Below, in pieces: positions 60,637-64,000 of a DNA stretch of 64,000 nucleotides. The stretch is from contig JAHLWZ010000277.1 in the NCBI GenBank assembly GCA_020536535.1, positions 80,565-144,564 on the forward strand, in the 5' to 3' direction. Origin of the DNA: Pelomyxa schiedti. Taxonomy: Eukaryota > Protista > Evosea. The number at the start of each line of letters is the position of its first letter. Within the stretch, counting starts at the first letter, position 1. Below the pieces are notes generated by a model that had not been told where the DNA came from, ran no database searches, and saw only the letters and a program-made list of their open reading frames with translations. A program made the translations under genes and the position numbers.

Positions 60637-63207
60637 CTAGCTCTTTTGTTCTGGAATGCTTGTTACACTCGATACAACATTTTGGTTGTCACTTGGTGCA
60701 GAGGAGGTTGGTGTGGGGCTGTTTGTTGTTGTTGTAGTAGTAGGAGGACTTGCAGTTGGATTGGGAGCGGGAGTGGGCTGTTCATCAGGGACGAGTGCCC
60801 GAAGCCTGGTTTTCTTGTTCGTGTGCGCGGCGGTGATTTCTTTTCCGGGGTTGTGATAGCAGTGCGAGAGAAAGATGCCCACNNNNNNNNNNNNNNNNNN
60901 NNNNNNNNNNNNNNNNNNNNNNNNNNNNNNNNNNNNNNNNNNNNNNNNNNNNNNNNNNNNNNNNNNNNNNNNNNNNNNNNNNTGGGAGCGGGAGTGGGCT
61001 GTTCATCAGGGACGAGTGCCCGAAGCCTGGTTTTCTTGTTCGTGTGCGCGGCGGTGATTTCTTTTCCGGGGTTGTGATAGCAGTGCGAGAGAAAGATGCC
61101 CACTCCGGCTGCATCATCGAGGGCACAGTGGGCCTGGGGTGGTAGGGCGCGGTGAAATTCGCATCTGTGAGAGGAATTGGGGTAAATTCGAGGAGAATAT
61201 GCCGGCCGGGAGGAACTTACTTGTGAGAGTCCGCTTCCCTGAGAGAATGATAGTGGTCTCTCAGGAGGCATTCTGATGGACATGGAGTGGATTTTGGAGT
61301 ACCAAGGGATGCGTGAAGTACCCCAGACAGGTAAATTGCATCATAGCACTCCATTGTGATCGGGCAGTGAACACTCTCCTGCAAGGCACTCTTTATGATC
61401 CACTTCAGACATAAAATTTCCGTATGCACCCCCTGTCACAATTACATTGTGATTCACAATAATGAAGTCGTCAAACCATTGCAAAAAGATAGACTGGATT
61501 GTTATCAGTATTGCGGTGAAAAAAGGCAAGTACTTCATTCAACAAAATACCCATGTCACTCACAGCACCCTCAACACCATCAAGAGGAATGCCGTGAATG
61601 TACTTATGGGTGTAGCGGGCCCTCTTTTCACATCTGCGAAATTGTAAGGTGAGTTGGAAGAAATTGGGGGTCTACGCAGGTGGGATAGGCCCTGCATTTA
61701 TAAATCGATGGTAGTGTTCTTTTAATCCGTCTTCGAGAGTAAAAGCATAGAGTGCGATCTCATTGGGGAGACACTCTGGTATTATCATGAAAAACAGTCA
61801 CCACATGTCACATACCAGGCGTTACAGAGATACACTCAAAGTCAATGGCAAAAAGGGTTGTGTGAGGCTTCAAAGATTGGTACCAGTTGGTAGCATCAAG
61901 TAATTGCTGGTCCCATACTCCCAAGTGAGGTAGCATGCATGCTATTGACTTGAGTATTGTTTTATCTGCCGTTGTAGGGAATGGAAATCAACCCAGTGGC
62001 ACTTTTTCAGCGCGATTGACAGTAATTCCTTGGGTCTTAAACGGAATCAATTGGTTCAAGGCATAACACACCTAAATTTTGATTGATTTGAGAAGGGTTA
62101 ACTCGATCAGAAAGGCGGATCGTCTGAAGATATTTAACATATCAGATATTATTTGATGTTACAAGATGTTGGAGCATACACGATTTGCAGCATCCTTTTC
62201 GGTATATAACACCTGATTTGGAATAAGGTAAAGGCACTACAAGCTGGAGGAAAACAAACCACAACAAACGAGAGAGGTTTTTGCTCAGCAGGTGTGCTGG
62301 GAGCCCATAACGCCGGCTTTGACGTTACTTCAGAAATCACAGAGAACGGGGGCAAAAAATCTTTTCTTAAGAACAGTTCCAGAGTCGCCAAATTCAAAGG
62401 AATAGCAGGGTTCCAAACCAAGTCCTCTTTCCTAAAACTGTGCCCAAAGTGCCCCGGACTGTCACCAAACTCCTCCTCATCCTCCTCCTCACCACCGCAC
62501 TCATCCCCCACTTTTGACTTATTCTTCTCCCCATCAGCAGAAGCAGAAGCAGAAGCAGAAGCAGAAGCAGAAGTAGAAGTAGAAGTAGAAGTAGAAGCAG
62601 TAGCAGAAGCAGGAGTGGATTTGCCCGACTTCTTTTTCTTCTTCCTACTGCCACCAACAGAGCCATGCCTTGTACCGCCAGGCTTACTTGCGTTACCGTT
62701 GGAAGTACTGCTCACAGCAGGCCCAAGCCCAAGCCCCCAATAATCACAAATCGAAGAGTCCGCGGCGTCCTGTGGCGGGAACGGCGAAACAATCACGCAG
62801 CACAAGTGCCTCGGCGCCACCACCGACCGGTCTACAACAGCCGCCGTTGCAGCTGCGACCGCCGCTGCCGATTCCGATTCCGTTTCGGCGGCCGCGGCGG
62901 CGGTGCCTTGGGGTGCTTCCGCTTCATCGGGAGTGTGTGTTGGCTGGAGTGCCGAGATACAGGCACAGCCACAGCTGGAAGCAGAACCGGAGGACGCCGA
63001 AGCCGCAGCAGTGGTTTCTGATGGCGGCGGTGGGGTTGTTGTGGTAACTGTTGGGTCCGTGATTGTGATTGTGATTGTGGCAGTGGCCGGGTGTATTGGA
63101 GGGTTCTCCTTGGGCGCCCCTTCTATCTCCCCAGATCCGCTGGCTAGCTGCTCGGCCGCCTTATCACCACCGCGGGGCGGGGTTTGCTCCTGGGGCACGT
63201 CCGACAT
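60637..63207 (-). CDS. MAEL: Maelstrom (MAEL)-domain protein, DEDDh exonuclease fold with ECHC zinc motif
   Basis: Spliced: TLFAIDFECIS...CLPNEIALYAFTLEDGLKEHYHRFINAGPIPP...THKYIHGIP...ILLNEVLAFF...EILCLKWI...CEFHRALPPQAHCALDDA. The last exon is interrupted by the N gap. Confidence 0.85.
60883..60982. other. Assembly gap (100 N) flanked by a duplicated 121-nt overlap
   Basis: 60762-60882 is identical to 60983-61103. Confidence 0.95.
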
Positions 63208-63284
63208 CGCCGAATTACGGTAGTACCTCTTCCTTGGCGCGATACGAAACGAGAAACAGCGACTTAATTTTTTGATTGGCCGCG

Positions 63285-64000
63285 ATGGGTGATGAGTGCG
63301 AGGTGACCATCAGCGGGAAGATGCCGGAGCGGCCCCCGAAGCGAGTGCAGAGCCCGCCGCCCGCCGCCGCTTCTCGGCGAGCGCTGGCTCGGGAGGAGGC
63401 GAAGGAGGCCAGGCGCAAGGAGCGGCACGAGGCGGCGCTAAAGGCGAAGAAGGTGCAGCAGGTGATCGCACTCGCCGGGGAGGTGCACATCAGGACAGGG
63501 TCGTCCGCGGTCATCCCGGACCAGAGGGACGAGGTCACCAACGCCACGCTGTACGTGAGGCCCCGGGGCGGCGATGGCGACGGCGTCCACGAAACCAGAC
63601 GCGCACATGCCAGTGAAAGCCAAAGCGCAACTGCAAGTGAAAGTGCAAATGCAAATGCAAATGCAACTGCAACGACAACTACAACCTCAAGTACTACTAG
63701 TGGAAAGGGAATGGGATTGGTGGGGGTTTTGAAGGCAAAAGGGGTGGGAAAGAGGGGAGCGCCGTTTGGGGCTGCGGGGGCTGCGCCAAACCCAAAGAAG
63801 AAGTGTGCAGAATCGAGGGCACTGACAGCGCCGAGGTTGCAGCAGCAACAGGGGCTGGAGAAATTTTACAGGCCGATTTCGGGGAAGACCAGTCTGATCA
63901 GAAGAGCCAAGGGAGAGAAACGAATAAAGATGCACAAGTCACCGCCGGTCGATGCCATCATAACGCTTGTGCAGAAGGCCCTGAAGCAGATACAAACACC
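63285..64000 (+). CDS. Hypothetical protein, 5' part (runs off the window)
   Basis: ATG at 63285 opens an uninterrupted frame to base 64000 (MGDECEVTISGKMPERPPKR...AIITLVQKALKQIQT). Basic and low-complexity; no domain recognised. Confidence 0.6.
   Translation, partial: MGDECEVTISGKMPERPPKRVQSPPPAAASRRALAREEAKEARRKERHEAALKAKKVQQVIALAGEVHIRTGSSAVIPDQRDEVTNATLYVRPRGGDGDGVHETRRAHASESQSATASESANANANATATTTTTSSTTSGKGMGLVGVLKAKGVGKRGAPFGAAGAAPNPKKKCAESRALTAPRLQQQQGLEKFYRPISGKTSLIRRAKGEKRIKMHKSPPVDAIITLVQKALKQIQT

Noticed and set aside
60584-60740. Possible coding overlap between the convergent genes at 60.6 kb
   Set aside because: The splice phase places the plus-strand stop at 60581-60583, before the MAEL stop at 60637.
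60762-61103. 121-nt direct duplication inside the Maelstrom last exon
   Set aside because: The two identical copies directly flank a 100-N gap, the signature of unmerged overlapping contig ends. Collapsing them restores one reading frame.

Overview
Gene-dense, intron-rich eukaryotic (protist) genomic DNA. It carries about 26 protein-coding genes separated mostly by less than 500 bp and split by many ~40-55 nt introns with highly degenerate donors (GT/GC-AG). The gene set (centriole genes CEP57 and TEDC1, a Maelstrom nuclease with DEDD residues, a divergent ankyrin-like family) fits a flagellated amoebozoan such as an archamoeba; this assignment is inference only. Gene models were spliced by eye, so the outer boundaries are more reliable than individual exon edges. 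Recognisable genes: R2R3-type Myb, Chk2/Rad53-like FHA kinase, ankyrin-BTB, SR-type RRM protein, CEP57, GH27 alpha-galactosidase, DH-PH-DH RhoGEF, phospholipase-B-like protein, PHO80-type cyclin, TEDC1, SAP-domain protein, TEN1, acid lipase, MATE transporter, C2 protein, ankyrin/F-box/Rab-like fusion and Maelstrom. Highlights: (1) a hidden two-exon 97-aa gene (43327-43661, minus strand) with a signal peptide and 7 copies of MHSPKW that vary only synonymously, resembling a multicopy secreted-peptide or RiPP-like precursor; (2) a ~2,600-aa RRM-DEAH helicase-RING-5xIBR-PARP-2xWWE fusion lacking RING2; (3) a Maelstrom with DEDDh and ECHC motifs; (4) two genes that appear to start at ACG. No rRNA, tRNA, CRISPR array or transposase was recognised. 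One 100-N assembly gap is present.
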